Assembly (NCBI GenBank): GCA_963514005.1
Contig: OY740787.1
Span: forward strand, 67,518,001-67,582,000
DNA: 64,000 nucleotides
Reading direction: 5' to 3'
From: Raja brachyura
Taxonomy: Eukaryota
Below, piece after piece: positions 52,372 through 64,000 of the stretch (position 1 is the stretch's first letter; each line of letters starts with the position of its first letter). Under the pieces are notes generated by a model that was not told the DNA's origin, did not search any database, and was given only the letters and a program-made list of their open reading frames with translations. Position numbers and translations under genes: made by a program.

Positions 52372-52624
52372 ACCAATTTGGAACCACCAAACGCCTGCGG
52401 CGGAGACTTGCTCTATTTTGGTGACACATTGTCTAATCAGGCAAAAATGGGGAAAACATAAAAAAACAATACTTCCCCAATGTAGCGAGAATGGATCTAC
52501 CGCTAATGCTCCTGGGTCTGACTCCCACAAGACACATTTAGACCACTGGAGATTTAATCCAGACACAACAGATCAACATTTGGTACACATACTGTCTGAC
52601 AATCTTTTTGAATTTTAACATTCA

Positions 52625-53355
52625 TTCTGTATTGTCAATGGTTCCCACTGTGGGGGAAGGCACAAAGTCCAGTCCCATCCCCATGTCCACCCATAGTCAG
52701 GCCTATTGAGGCCTCCGCAGTCGGCGCTGCAGCGGCCCGATGTTTTAGGCCTTCCCGCAGGGTGTTGGTGTTCCGGCGTCGGGAGAGCCCTCACAGCGGC
52801 TTGGGACACCTGGAACGGCCGCTTCTCTACCAGAGTCCATGGCTTCCGAAGCCGACAAGGCCGCGCTGGATGGAGCTCCACAACTGGTGATCTTGCCGAG
52901 AGATCCCAGGCTCCCGATGTTAAAGTTCAGCGTTGCCGCCCACAGCTGTCCGCTCCACAGTCCCGCAGCTCCACGATGTTCACCTGCGGTCTCAGCATTC
53001 TGCAGCTCCAGCGCGGCGACCCAGGCAAGGTATCACCCGCTTCGCTCCTCGATAGCGCTCCAGCACTGGGCCGCTGCCGAAGCCGTGGTTCTGGGCGGCC
53101 CCCTCAGGAAACGCCGCTCCAGGCCCGCTGGTAGGCCGCGAGGACGGGTCGACGGTGCAGACCGGAGAAAAGCTGCCTCTCCAACCAGGTAGGGACCAGG
53201 AAAAGCAGTTTCCCCCTTCCCCCCCTACCACCCCCCCACATAAAAAAGGCCAGGGCTCCAAAAACAAAACACTAAAACTCACTAAAAATAAAAGAAAGAA
53301 GTTAAAAAACAGACAGCTGCAGGCTGGGCAGCCATACCAACAGGACGGCACCCCC
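52625..53355 (-). mobile_element. GC-rich non-autonomous element nested in the DIRS element
   Basis: Abrupt GC/CpG rise; shares the T-rich/G-run 5' part and GACTTTG(T)GCCTTCC..CACAG 3' motif with 46785-47602; possible AACATT duplication on the flanks. Confidence 0.6.
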
Positions 53356-56189
53356 TTGTGCAACATTGAGAATCCATCATTGAATTCAGCTCAACCTTTT
53401 AAGTTGGTAACTGCATGGACCTAATCAATAACCTGCACACTTTTTACTCTTATACTCTGGTCTTTGCAGACTTTGATCATGCAGAGGTCCCAATTTGACA
53501 GCATGAATGCTGCTATCACTTTACCAGTAACCATAGCTACTTCTTGGATGGTGGGATAATGTTTTTTACCAAGATAAATACAGGCATTTGTAACATCCCC
53601 AACCTTAATTGTTGATAAAGTTACTCACATATCAACTGTATTAAAGACAAACCCCAAATAATCAATTATTTTGGATGCCCGTAACTTACATGTTGTTTGG
53701 ATGTACAGAACCTTAGCCTTTCAATAGGCTTATGGTGGCTGAACTCAGTTCTTCAGATGTCTCCCATTTACAATTAACATATCCTCTAGATAAGTCATTA
53801 CAATGTGATTCTGAGCCCTCATTAACACCAGTGCTGGTTTCAATAATTGTGTGAGCAATCTGAGGGCTGAATTTAACCCATTAGGTAATTCCTTCAGCTG
53901 ACCCATCCAATTAATTGAAGTACCTGAATAATAAGGCATATTTTTAAAGTCTAAAAATAGCCACATAGCAACCTTGTGATAACAACTTCGTTATAGTACT
54001 GGTGTACTTTTTTAAATGCTTATACTGAACTATAAATTTAAGTTTGTGAGTCCTAGAATGACTCTGCAACCCCCATACTTGTGTCTGGGATATATTATCT
54101 CTACCTGACGAGTTCCTGGTACATTCAGACACCAAGCCGATCAGATTTAATGCAGAATTACAAAACAATTGTAATCTTAAGCAACGAGAGGTTGTTTCCC
54201 CAGAAATTCCATGTGTAATGGAATGCCGTTTCTGTACTTCCGTAAATGAACCAGAAGATCTCCTTCTCTTAATATAGGGGTTCGTATTCATCAATCATAA
54301 ATCTGGTTATTGCTTGCCCACATAATCCTGCATTTTTTGGGTATAATGTTAGCCAATGGCAATTTTCATCATACAATTGGGTTCGAATATGCATTGCAGA
54401 GTAACGCAAGCATGTCTTAAAAGTATTGGACATTATCGACCCATGAATATCGTCCCCAAATGCAGTGATGCCAACCGAATATCAGCTAGAGGACATACTG
54501 GAACACATTTCCTGTCCTCGCATCGTTACACTCATGAGTGCCCAATTACTGTTGGCACCCTGAGCGAGGCACAATAGACGGGTGTTTTATATATTTTTAT
54601 ATATTTTTTACTGTTTCAGTCATAACAGTCTCTTGGAGTAGGTGAGAAACCAAATAATGTTGGCCGCCAGGTTCATCCATAGCCTCACCAGTCCATACCA
54701 ATATAGCAAAATTTGGTGCTACATCGGGAACACCCGGGATATTTCTATTGTGCTCTGGTGTATACACATAAGTAGGGACACCAGCTTGAGGGTCAGTTTC
54801 ATCCTGCCCTGGTACTCTCGAGTCTTGCAGACCTATGCAAGGCACTGGTGAATGAGATTTTCATTCTTTATAGGCACCATACTCAGTGTATGGAAACTCC
54901 TACGGAGCCTGCCTTAGAATCTCGTGGGTCTTTAGAACCCTTGACTGATTAGAGTTTGGAGCATTTCATCTTGCTCTAGGGACCTCATCCAGACCTAACC
55001 AAGGTACTGGAGAATCAGAATCACATTTTCATAAGCACCATACTCAGCGTATGGAAACTCCTTTGGAGCTGGCCTTACAGGAAGATATACATGGGTCTTA
55101 GAACCCTTAACTAAATCAAGTGTGGAGCATTTTCTCCATTTCCAGCCTTCCCAACATTCTTGTCCTCCCTTGGAGGAGAGTTACTTTCTTTACTGTTTTG
55201 TATTTGTGCATAAACCATATATGTTTAAAATTGGAATTCTGACAACACATTCTGCTTGCAGAATATTTGTATTAACCTCAGTATCACACAGGGTTATATA
55301 CATTTCCATAAAGGAAAACTGCATTTGGTAACATATTCAGAGCAGACTTTATTTTACAAATTGTGTGTATTTGGAGCCGGCATTTAGCGCAGCCGTTACA
55401 ATCTATCTGGCTCCATATTTCAAGCCAGATTTACAGAGTTTTTACATTTTTTCCAAAATACATGAACATTCTAGCTGGCTCTGCAGACTTACAGAGTTTA
55501 AAAACACTCGCAAGAAGTTCAACACTGACTTACCTGCGGGTTAAACTTACCGCTGGTGGAAGCTGCACTCTCCACCCTGTCGGTGCCACATGCGTCGACG
55601 TAATGCCGAACATGCGCCTGGCAGGGCTTCTTCACGTTGTCACTCACGTGACTCCGAAGTAAAATTGGGCTCAGTAAATTGTCCCTATAGTATAGGATGG
55701 AACTAGTGATTGTTGGTCGACATGACTCGGTGGGCTGAAGGGTATGTTTCCATGCAGCGTCTCTAAACTATACTAAATTTATGTTTATAATTTTGTGAGA
55801 AATTATCTACAAAGTAAATATGAAGTCTCTTTGAACCAGTTTTAAATATCTCTATCACAAATTTAAAATAACACTGGACCAAGTGGGACCCGTTCAAAAT
55901 GCATCACGAATCGTGTCTCGGCCGTTACGTGTGGCTTGCTCAGTATGACAAATCCTCAGCATTGATCAACTTATTATATGCACCCTGTTCCCCCACCTCC
56001 AACCCCCTCTCCCCTCCTCATCCAGACTCAGATAGAATGAGTAAGCAGACACTAAGCAGTAGACCTGATTTGGTCTACAGTTACTAAATAGTTAACTGGT
56101 TAACTTTTTCACACACTGGATGATGCATACAATAAAAAAGGCTAACAGAGGAGGTGGTTGGTGCAGGTACAATAACAACATTTAAAAGA

Positions 56190-56456
56190 GATTATGTAGA
56201 AACAAGGAACTGTTGGTTTACCAAGGAAAGACACAAAATGCTGGAGTAATTCAGTATGTGAGGCAGTGTCACTGGAGAACATGAATAGGTTACATTTATG
56301 TTTAGGACCTTTCTTCAGCCTGAATAGGTGGCCATTCAGATCAGGAACCTTCTTCAGACTGTTCTCTGTTCTGAGGAAGGAAATAAATATCACCTATCCA
56401 CGTTCTCCAGGGATGCTGCCTGACCCACCGAGTTACTCCTGCACTTTGTGCCTTTG
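56190..56456. repeat. Palindromic Penelope-terminal-repeat insertion within a CR1 tail
   Basis: Inverted arms GACACAAAATGCTGGAGTAA… / …TTACTCCTGCACTTTGTG; CAACATTTAAAA at 56176-56187 and 56457-56468. Confidence 0.7.
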
Positions 56457-56500
56457 CAACATTTAAAATATTTGTAGCGGGGTACATGGATAGGATAGAG

Positions 56501-59500
56501 CTTTTTATTTTTGTTTAAATTGTTGTTAGAAGTAAGTACAGTAGTGTGGTACCTAAGCACCTAATACATACATACACATTGAAAGAACAGTGAAAGAAAA
56601 GGGAAATAAAGAGTGTCGAAATAGATAGACAAGCGAGTAGGAACAGATAGCAAAAGAGATAGAGAGCAGCGATAAAAAGTTAAGAAGATTGAGAGAAAAA
56701 GAGAAAGTAGAGAGAAAAGAGATTAGGAGAGATATACCTACTTCATATTTTTACCCATCCATCACCCGGTTCTGAACCATTAAATTTCTAAGGTTATGTT
56801 ATGTTGCACCATATGCTTGTAAAAAGTCGTTAAAAGGAGACCAAGTCTTTAAGAATTGGTCTACTTTGCCTGGTAGGAGGAATCTCATTTCTTCAAGATG
56901 TAGCGTTTCCGACATATTTGAAATCCACATTTTGAACATTGGCGTGGTTGCGTTTTTCCAGAATTTGAGTATACGTTTTTTAGGTGTTATTAAACCATAA
57001 TTAAGAAGATCTTCTTGGAATGTAGTTAATTTACTTCCCTCTTCCATTGATCCAAAGATAATCAATTCTGTATTGGGGTTCAATTTTGTGTTATGTAGTT
57101 TTGTAAAAGTTCCAAAAATTTCATTCCAGAATCTATGCAGTTTTGTACAAGAGACAAAGGAATGTGCTACAGTGGCATTTTGAGTTAGACATTTATCACA
57201 AATGGGGGAAACATTTGGAAATATTTTATTCAGTCGGGTTTTTGAGTAATATAATCTCTGTTAACGTTTTAATTGAATTAGGTTAATCGAATTAATTACA
57301 TTAATCGAACATTTATGTACATATAATTTTTTTCCCATCTGTCATTCGGAATTTTTATCAATAGCTCTTGTTCCCAGTCCCTTCTAATTGCCTCTGTCAT
57401 TGGTGTTTCTATATTTAAAATTATATTATATAAATATGATATTAAATTGTTTGATTTTGCCTTTCTATTCATTCCTTCCTCTAATAAATCTGATGTTAGT
57501 TTGATATCCTTGTATATATTTTTTCAAATAATCTTGTATTTAAGATATTTAAAATATTGGTTACTTTTCAAATTATATTTTAGTTGTAATTGTTGGAATG
57601 ATAAGTTTTCCTATTTCATACATATCTCCCATCATTTTAATTCCTATTCTTTCCCAATGGATAAACGTTTTATTAATAATAGATGGTTTGAATGAGGGAT
57701 TGTTAGCTATTGGGGAAAGAAGCGATAAATTTCTTAATTTTAAAGTTAATTTTATTTGTTTCCAAATTCGTATTATACTATGAATAATTGGATTCTTCTT
57801 ATGTATTATATTGTTCAGTTTCATTGGGGAATGAAGGATCGCTCCTATATTATAGGGGGAACAATCCTCTTTCTCCATTCTTATCCAATCTACCTGTTGG
57901 GCAGAACTGTCCAACCAATAGATTATATTTTTAATATTCACTGCCCAATAGTAATACAATAAGTTAGGGAGAATCAGTCCCCCTGATTCTTTAGATTTAC
58001 ACAAATGTTTTCTTTGAATTCTGTGTTATTTATAGTCCCATATGAAGTTTGTAATATCAGAATCTAGTTTTTTTAAAGAATTTGTTTGGTAAGTATATTG
58101 GTATTGATTGAAATAGGTACAGTATTTCTGGTAAGAAGATCATTTTTATCGCGTTTATTCTGCCTATTAAGGACATCGGCAGTGTTTTCCAGAATTTAAT
58201 CAACCCATTTAATTTAGTTAATAAAGGCATATAATTTGCGTTGAGTAATGATTTATATTTCCTAGTAATTTGGATACCCAAATACTTGAATTTTTCTGTT
58301 GCAATTCAAAAAGGGAATTTCAACAGATGTGTCGGCTCTTGAGGTTTTGTCATCATAATTTTGCTTTTGTTCCAGTCTATTCTATTTCCTGAAAAGGAAC
58401 CAAATTCCTCTATTAAATTTAGTATATTTAGTATGCTAATTTGAGAAATTGTAATATATAATAATATGTCATCTGCACATAATAAAATTTTATTATTTGA
58501 GTGTTTCATATTATATCCATGAACATTCGGATGACTTCTTATACTTTCTGCTAAAGGCAAATAGCAGGGGCGATAATGCACACCCCTGTCTATTGCCCCT
58601 AGCCGTCGACATCATATAATAATTTTACCCATGAGATTAAAATATCTCCCATATTAAATTTTTGCAATACCTTGAATAAATATTGCCATCCTACTTGATC
58701 AAAAGCTTTTTCTGCACTCAATGAAATAATTGCTAAGTCTTCTTCTTCAGTTTTATGTGAATACATTATATTAAACAGCCGTCTCAAATTGTTAAATGAG
58801 TATCTCTTGGGTATAAACCCCGTTTGGTCCGGGTTTATTAGTTTGCTAACATATTTACTCAATCTTCTCATTAGGGTCTTTGCTAATATTTTTTGATCTG
58901 TATTTAGGAGTGCTATGGCTCTATATGAGCCTGGGTCTTCTAGATCTTTATCCTTTTTAGGTATAAGTGTAATAGTTGACTCGGTTAGTGTTTCTGGTAG
59001 TATATTTTCTTTAAAAGCATGTATATATAAATCGTAAGCGTGGAGAAATTATCTCATATAATCTTTTATAGAATTCATTACTAAAGCCATCAGGTCCTGG
59101 CATTTTACCATTCTTCAACAAATTTATTGTTTCTTCTATTTCCTGAAGTGTAATCTGAGCTCCTAATTCCTCTTGGTCCACCATATTGAGTTTTTAGTAT
59201 TATTTGCAGAAGTTTTAGATGCATATAGATTTTGGTAAAATTGAGCAAATCTTTTATTAATGTCTTTAGGCAATGTTAGTAATTCACCTTTATCTGATTT
59301 AATTTTAGTGATTGTATTTTCTGTTTCCCATTTTTACAGTTGGCGTGCTAAGAGTTCATGTGGTTTATCACCAAATTCGAAATGTTCTTGTTTTGTAATG
59401 TGAAATAATCAATATTCTTGCCGATAACATTTTATTTAGTTTATATTTTAATATTGTTATCTTATTATGTTTATCTATGGTTGGTTCTTTGACATTTTTT

Positions 59501-61501
59501 AAATCTAATTGTCTAATTTCTTGTTCTAACTGCAATTGTTCAGTGTTATTCTTTTTATTTTGGAAAGCTTGATATGAAATTATAGTTCCTCTAATAAATA
59601 CCTTAAATGCTTCCCATAATAAAGAGGGTGAAATATCTGGTGTATCATTTGTCTCAAAGAAGAATATCATCTGCTCGTTTAAATATGTACAACCTTGTGA
59701 GTTGTTTAACATTTGGGGGCTTAAACAACTCACATACAGTGTGAGTCTGACACACTGTGAGTTGTTTTATCAGACATTCCTTCTAATTTTAAAAAGAAAG
59801 TTAACGGGGAGTGATCAGAAATAATACTATTATGATATTTAGAGATATGTATGTTGTATATGGAATTAATTTCGTGTCAACTAAGAAATAATCAATATGT
59901 GAATATGTTTTATGTACCGTTGAATAAAATGAATATTCCCTACCTACTGGATTAGCTATTCTCCATACATCTGTTATGTTTGTGTTTTTTATGTGTGTAT
60001 TTAGGAGTTCACTAGTTTTAGTTTTTATGTTATTCCTTTTTTGTTTTGCTGATTTATCCAGATATGGATCTAGAACGCAATTGAAATCTCCCCCTATTAT
60101 CACATTTTGATAGTTAAATTCTGAAATTATATCCAGAATTTTACTAAAGAATTGGGGGTTATCAAAATTGGGAGCATAAATATTTATCAAAGTAAGTGGA
60201 GTAGAATGAATTTCTCCCGTGACTATGATGTACCTCCCCTCTTTATCTGCTGTGATATTCTTTAATTTGAATGGTATACCTTTACGAATAATAATAGCTG
60301 TGCTTCTAGATTTAGAAGTAAATGAAGAGTAGTATGTTTGCCCGATCAAATTTGCCTTCAATCTTATCTGTGTTTGATGTTTCAGATGTGTTTCTTGTAA
60401 GAAAATTATGTCACTGTTGAGTGTTTTTAATTGGGCAAAGGTCTTACCCCTTTTTATTGGTTATATTTTATTGGTCTTGCCCCTTATATTCCAGCCACAG
60501 AACGTGATTCCTCCAGTTTTCTTTTGTTTATCATCTTGCATTGTGAATCATGTTAATACCGTTACTTCATATGGTGCAACCAGGTACCTCAGAACTCTAG
60601 GTGATGGGTGGTCATCCCCAGCTGTTAAGTTTTGTTGGCATCTCCCCTTCAAAATAGATCTTAGAAAAGACCAGAGGGTGTAAAGTGGTGAAAAGATAAT
60701 TAAAAAACAAAAATTGATATTATATTATCTAAAAGTAAGGCTATTATAATTTTTTTTTAAACCACCAACAGGTGGTAGAAAAATTCTGTTGACTTCCATA
60801 GCTGTTGTTATACATTTCGTTCTGCCCTCTTGACCAATTATTATTAAAAGGAAGAGAGACCGATTCAAAATTAAAAATTATATATAAGATAAAACGCATT
60901 TCAAATCTAACTATTGGAATGTATCTTCAAAAAAAATTTCCAACATTAAGTATATACTTAAATATAACAGTAATTATGTTAGTTATATATCCATATCTGC
61001 TGATATGCCGAGAATTATTACATTCACTCCCCAATTAAGTCTCATTCTTTTGCATTAGACAGCAGCAGGTTCCAAGGGGTTAACCAGATTCAGACCCTTG
61101 GATAGCTTCCAAGTATATGAACCTCCTTCCCCCCCCCCTTTACGCACAGTTTAAACTAGATCTACTATATCCATAAGATTTGTTCGTATATTGTTAATAC
61201 TTATCAATCATATTGAACTCATTATTCTTATACTTAGCAAATAATTAACATCATGAGATAGAAATCAATCATTATTATGCTGTGCTTTAATATTACACAA
61301 ATCTATTAATTATATATTTTATGTTAGTATATAATTGTATGTTTCTTGTCATAAATTTCTGTGTACGTCCATTAATATTATTTTTCCGTATTCCCAAATT
61401 CCGTTTTCTTTTCCCACCTCGGTTTTTAGTCCTTAGTTGAGAGTGAAACATAAAGTTTGACCTTGAGTTAACATTCCAAATATAAGGTGTCTAGCCAACT
61501 A
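56501..61501 (-). mobile_element. L1-clade LINE, 5'-truncated upstream of ORF2, ORF2 frameshifted
   Basis: ORF2 from ATG 60541 (ITFCGWNIRG; LINIYAPN; IIGGDFN; YSHIDYFL; DQTGFI; AEKAFDQV; LCADDILL) to stop near 56799; A-rich tail; 12-bp TSD GATAGGATAGAG (56489-56500, 61502-61513). Confidence 0.93.
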
Positions 61502-61879
61502 GATAGGATAGAGTTAAAGAGATATGCCTCAAACACAGGAAAATGTGACTAAATGGGCATCTTGCTCAGCATGAACGAGTTGGGCCGAAGGAGTTGTTTT
61601 TTTGCTGTATGACTCTATCAACTGACTGAGACAATAATCACCTGAACAATACTAAAGGCCTTTTCCCCCACAGAGGGTTGTTCAACGATAATTTCTTTAA
61701 TCACCCGCTGCTGTCAAGACACCGGCAAACATCATCATTATTATTTTTATATTGAACTGAATAATTAATTGAAATGAATATACACCAACAAAGAGCTAAA
61801 GAAGATGGTATGAAACGGTTGACCTGGCTTGATTTCTTTTAACTAGTTACGACAACATCCTTTGAATCTGGATAGATTG

Positions 61880-62210
61880 GCTTGGAATTTAGTGGATTTG
61901 GTTAGGATGTTTCCACTAGTGGAAGAGTCTAGGACTAGAGGTCATAGCAGAATTTAATAAAGTTCCTTTAGGAAGGAGATGAGGAGGAATTTCTTTAGTC
62001 AGAGGGTGGTGAATTTGTGGAATTCTTTGCCACAGAAGACTGTGGAGGCCAAGTCAGTTGATAATTTTGAAGCAGAGATAGATAGATTCAAGATTAGAAT
62101 GGGTGGGGAGAAGGCAGGGGAATGGGGTTAGGAAGGAGAAATAGATCAGCCATGTCTGAATGGCAGAATAGACTTCATGAGATGAATGGCCTAATTCTGT
62201 TCCTATAATT
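61880..62210 (+). mobile_element. CR1 3' fragment
   Basis: EMRRNFFSQRVVNLWNSLP-coding stretch and TGAATGGCCTAATTCTGTTCCTA tail. Confidence 0.8.
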
Positions 62211-62569
62211 GGAAGCCAAATATGATTTTAAAAACACTATTTCGGTTTGCAATAAGTTGTGATGATTGCTCTGAATGTCACTTTCAAACAGTTGCTGCAG
62301 CCTTTGTCCATATTTTCTTCTTTCTCATTTTTTCCTCTGTGCTTCTCTGTATCATTGTCCTCCATCATTATCCAAACCCAGTCATCTTACAGATTACTTT
62401 GGCCAGACTGATCTTGGTGAAGTACAGCTTCAGTTGCCTGAGCTTAAAAGTACACATGGGTTGTCAGCCTGGTTTATTGTTCACTGGGCACATTCATTCA
62501 TTCATTATATCATCATTCATTTAATTTTAGTAACGGGGCTGATTTAAAATTAAAAAAATTCTTTAGTCT

Positions 62570-62870
62570 TTATAGAGGTACAGCATGGAAACAGGCCTTT
62601 GAACCACCGAGTCCGAGCCAACCAGCAATCATCCCGTACACTAATACTATCCTACATACTAGGGACAATTTACAATTTTACCGAAGCCAATTAACCTACC
62701 AACCTGTGCATCTTTGGAATGTGGGTGGAAATCGAAGCACCTGGAGAAAACCCACACGGCAGAGAGAAAATGGACAAGCTCCGGACAGACAACACCCGTA
62801 GTCAGGATTGAACCCTGGTCTCTGGCATTGTAAGGCAGCAACTCTGTCGCTGCATCACTGTGCCACCCCT
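62570..62870 (-). mobile_element. tRNA-derived V-SINE
   Basis: Reverse complement of the family head/core/tail. Confidence 0.82.
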
Positions 62871-63344
62871 TTTTGTTTGCTATAAATTCGACTTTCCATT
62901 TTTACACTCTTCCCCAAGTTGTCCCAGGCATAGAGTTAGTTGTCTTACAAACCTTTAAACCATAGCTACTCATTTCCTCCAAGACGTCAGGTCCCAGCAC
63001 CCTCCCTTGGATAATTTTTCTCCCCAATCCCCACATTATGTACTTCTAAGATCTCCAGTGTTTAATTCCTTGCAATTCCTACTGTAGTCCTGTCAGTTTG
63101 CTATGACTCAGTTACTTGGTTATAGGCTTCATTATCTTGTTGATACATGTGATGTACAAAATACACCAAATGCAATTATAAGATAGGTCATCTGCTCAAT
63201 GTGGGTATTGTGCAGTTATCAGGTAAGAGTAAGGCAAACTAAAAAGGTATTACAGGTTGGCAACTTCCCTGAACCTGATGGTTACACAAAAAGCTGGAGA
63301 AACTCAGCGGGTGCAGCAGCATCTAAAGAGCGAAGGAGATAGGC

Positions 63345-63372
63345 GACGTTTCGGGTCGAGACCCTTCTTCAG
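63345..63372 (-). ncRNA. Putative minimal type-I hammerhead ribozyme core (copy 1)
   Basis: CUGAAGA-A-GGGUC-UC-GACCC-GAAA-CG-UC: CUGANGA/GAAA core, helix II, palindromic ACGU helix III, GUC cleavage triplet. Helix I is weak. Confidence 0.55.
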
Positions 63373-63549
63373 ACTGGTCCGTAGGGAGGAGGAGAACTTC
63401 TTCAAAGTAGGCATACCTTGAGGAGATATCGCAGTGGAGTAGACAAATTGTTAAAGAAGGAACTGCAGATGCTGGAGAATCGAGGGTTACACAAAAAGCT
63501 GGAGAAACTCAGCGGGTGCAGCAGCATCTAAAGAGCGAAGGAGATAGGC

Positions 63550-63577
63550 GACGTTTCGGGTCGAGACCCTTCTTCAG
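63550..63577 (-). ncRNA. Putative minimal type-I hammerhead ribozyme core (copy 2)
   Basis: Identical to the copy at 63345-63372. Confidence 0.55.
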
Positions 63578-64000
63578 ACTGGTGACTTCAGACAGGTTCT
63601 TCCCTGAACCTGATGACCTGCACACTAAGATGTTAAAAGAAGTGGGTGCACTGGCTGTGAATTTACAATATTTCCTAAATTCTGTCTTGTAAAACTGCAA
63701 ATTGCTATTAGAGGAAAATGATAGATTGAAAACAGAAAAATGGTCTGAAGAAGGGTGCTGACCTGGGAACATTGCCTATCCATTCCCTCCACAGATGCTG
63801 CCTAACTCATTGAGTTACTTCAGCAGTTGGCATTTTAAACTCTAGGCTAGTTATCCTAAGTGTATTTGGGAAAATGCAGGAATGCATTATTAAGGAATTA
63901 GCAGCAAGATAAAAGGAAAATCATAATAACATGCAAAATTGTGAGGTTTTTTGAAAGGGAATAAAGGTTTGAAAAATGTACTCATGATTATTTATTACCT

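Larger units (their letters stand above)
50621..55665 (-). mobile_element. DIRS1-type tyrosine-recombinase retrotransposon; termini and ICR intact, ORFs decayed
   Basis: YR motif GVDTDVFKSHSTRAVS…ILETAGWS (about 51297-51407); RT LPNGLNSA…KPAL…MTYLEDML (53745-53966); MT-like DPGALAVDPFSLHW…FPHF; ITR pair about 50693-50730 / 55600-55640; ICR 50851-50957 complementary to both ends. Confidence 0.92.
63280..63590 (-). mobile_element. Young tandem Penelope-like terminal repeat with two minimal hammerhead cores
   Basis: Identical ~99-bp copies at 63280-63378 and 63485-63583 (period 205); flanking duplication CTTCCCTGAACCTGATG at 63264-63280 and 63599-63615. Confidence 0.85.

Noticed and set aside
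54875-55115. ~160-bp-period direct repeat
   Set aside because: Internal duplication within the decayed DIRS 5' region; explained by the element.
62222-62420. Possible further dynein exon on the - strand (…TEEKMRKKK…SEQSS…)
   Set aside because: Only a few matching residues, no FILSPG motif and no convincing splice sites; likely chance.

Overview
Vertebrate genomic DNA, most likely from a cartilaginous fish (skate/ray-like; inferred from the repeat families and protein divergence, not proven). It contains one intact gene: a 10-exon CDCA7 on the + strand (ATG 4677 to TGA 22706, 416 aa, zf-4CXXC_R1 domain) with an E2F-site/CpG-rich promoter. Facing it tail-to-tail on the - strand are nine recognisable exons of a DNAH11-like axonemal dynein heavy chain (25805-46742). 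These carry frameshifts, nonsense codons and an apparently missing exon, so they look like a pseudogene. In human it is the paralog CDCA7L that sits tail-to-tail with DNAH11, so this is a candidate fossil genome-duplication copy of DNAH11 on the CDCA7 side of the paralogon. The rest is transposon-rich: a DIRS1-type tyrosine-recombinase element with complete termini (split-SINE insertion site, internal U2 snRNA fragment), a 5-kb L1 with a TSD, Penelope-like elements carrying minimal hammerhead-ribozyme motifs, CR1 pieces, tRNA-derived SINEs and several MITEs. All protein and repeat comparisons were made by eye from recalled reference sequences; no database search was run. Repeat boundaries are approximate unless a TSD or TIR is quoted.
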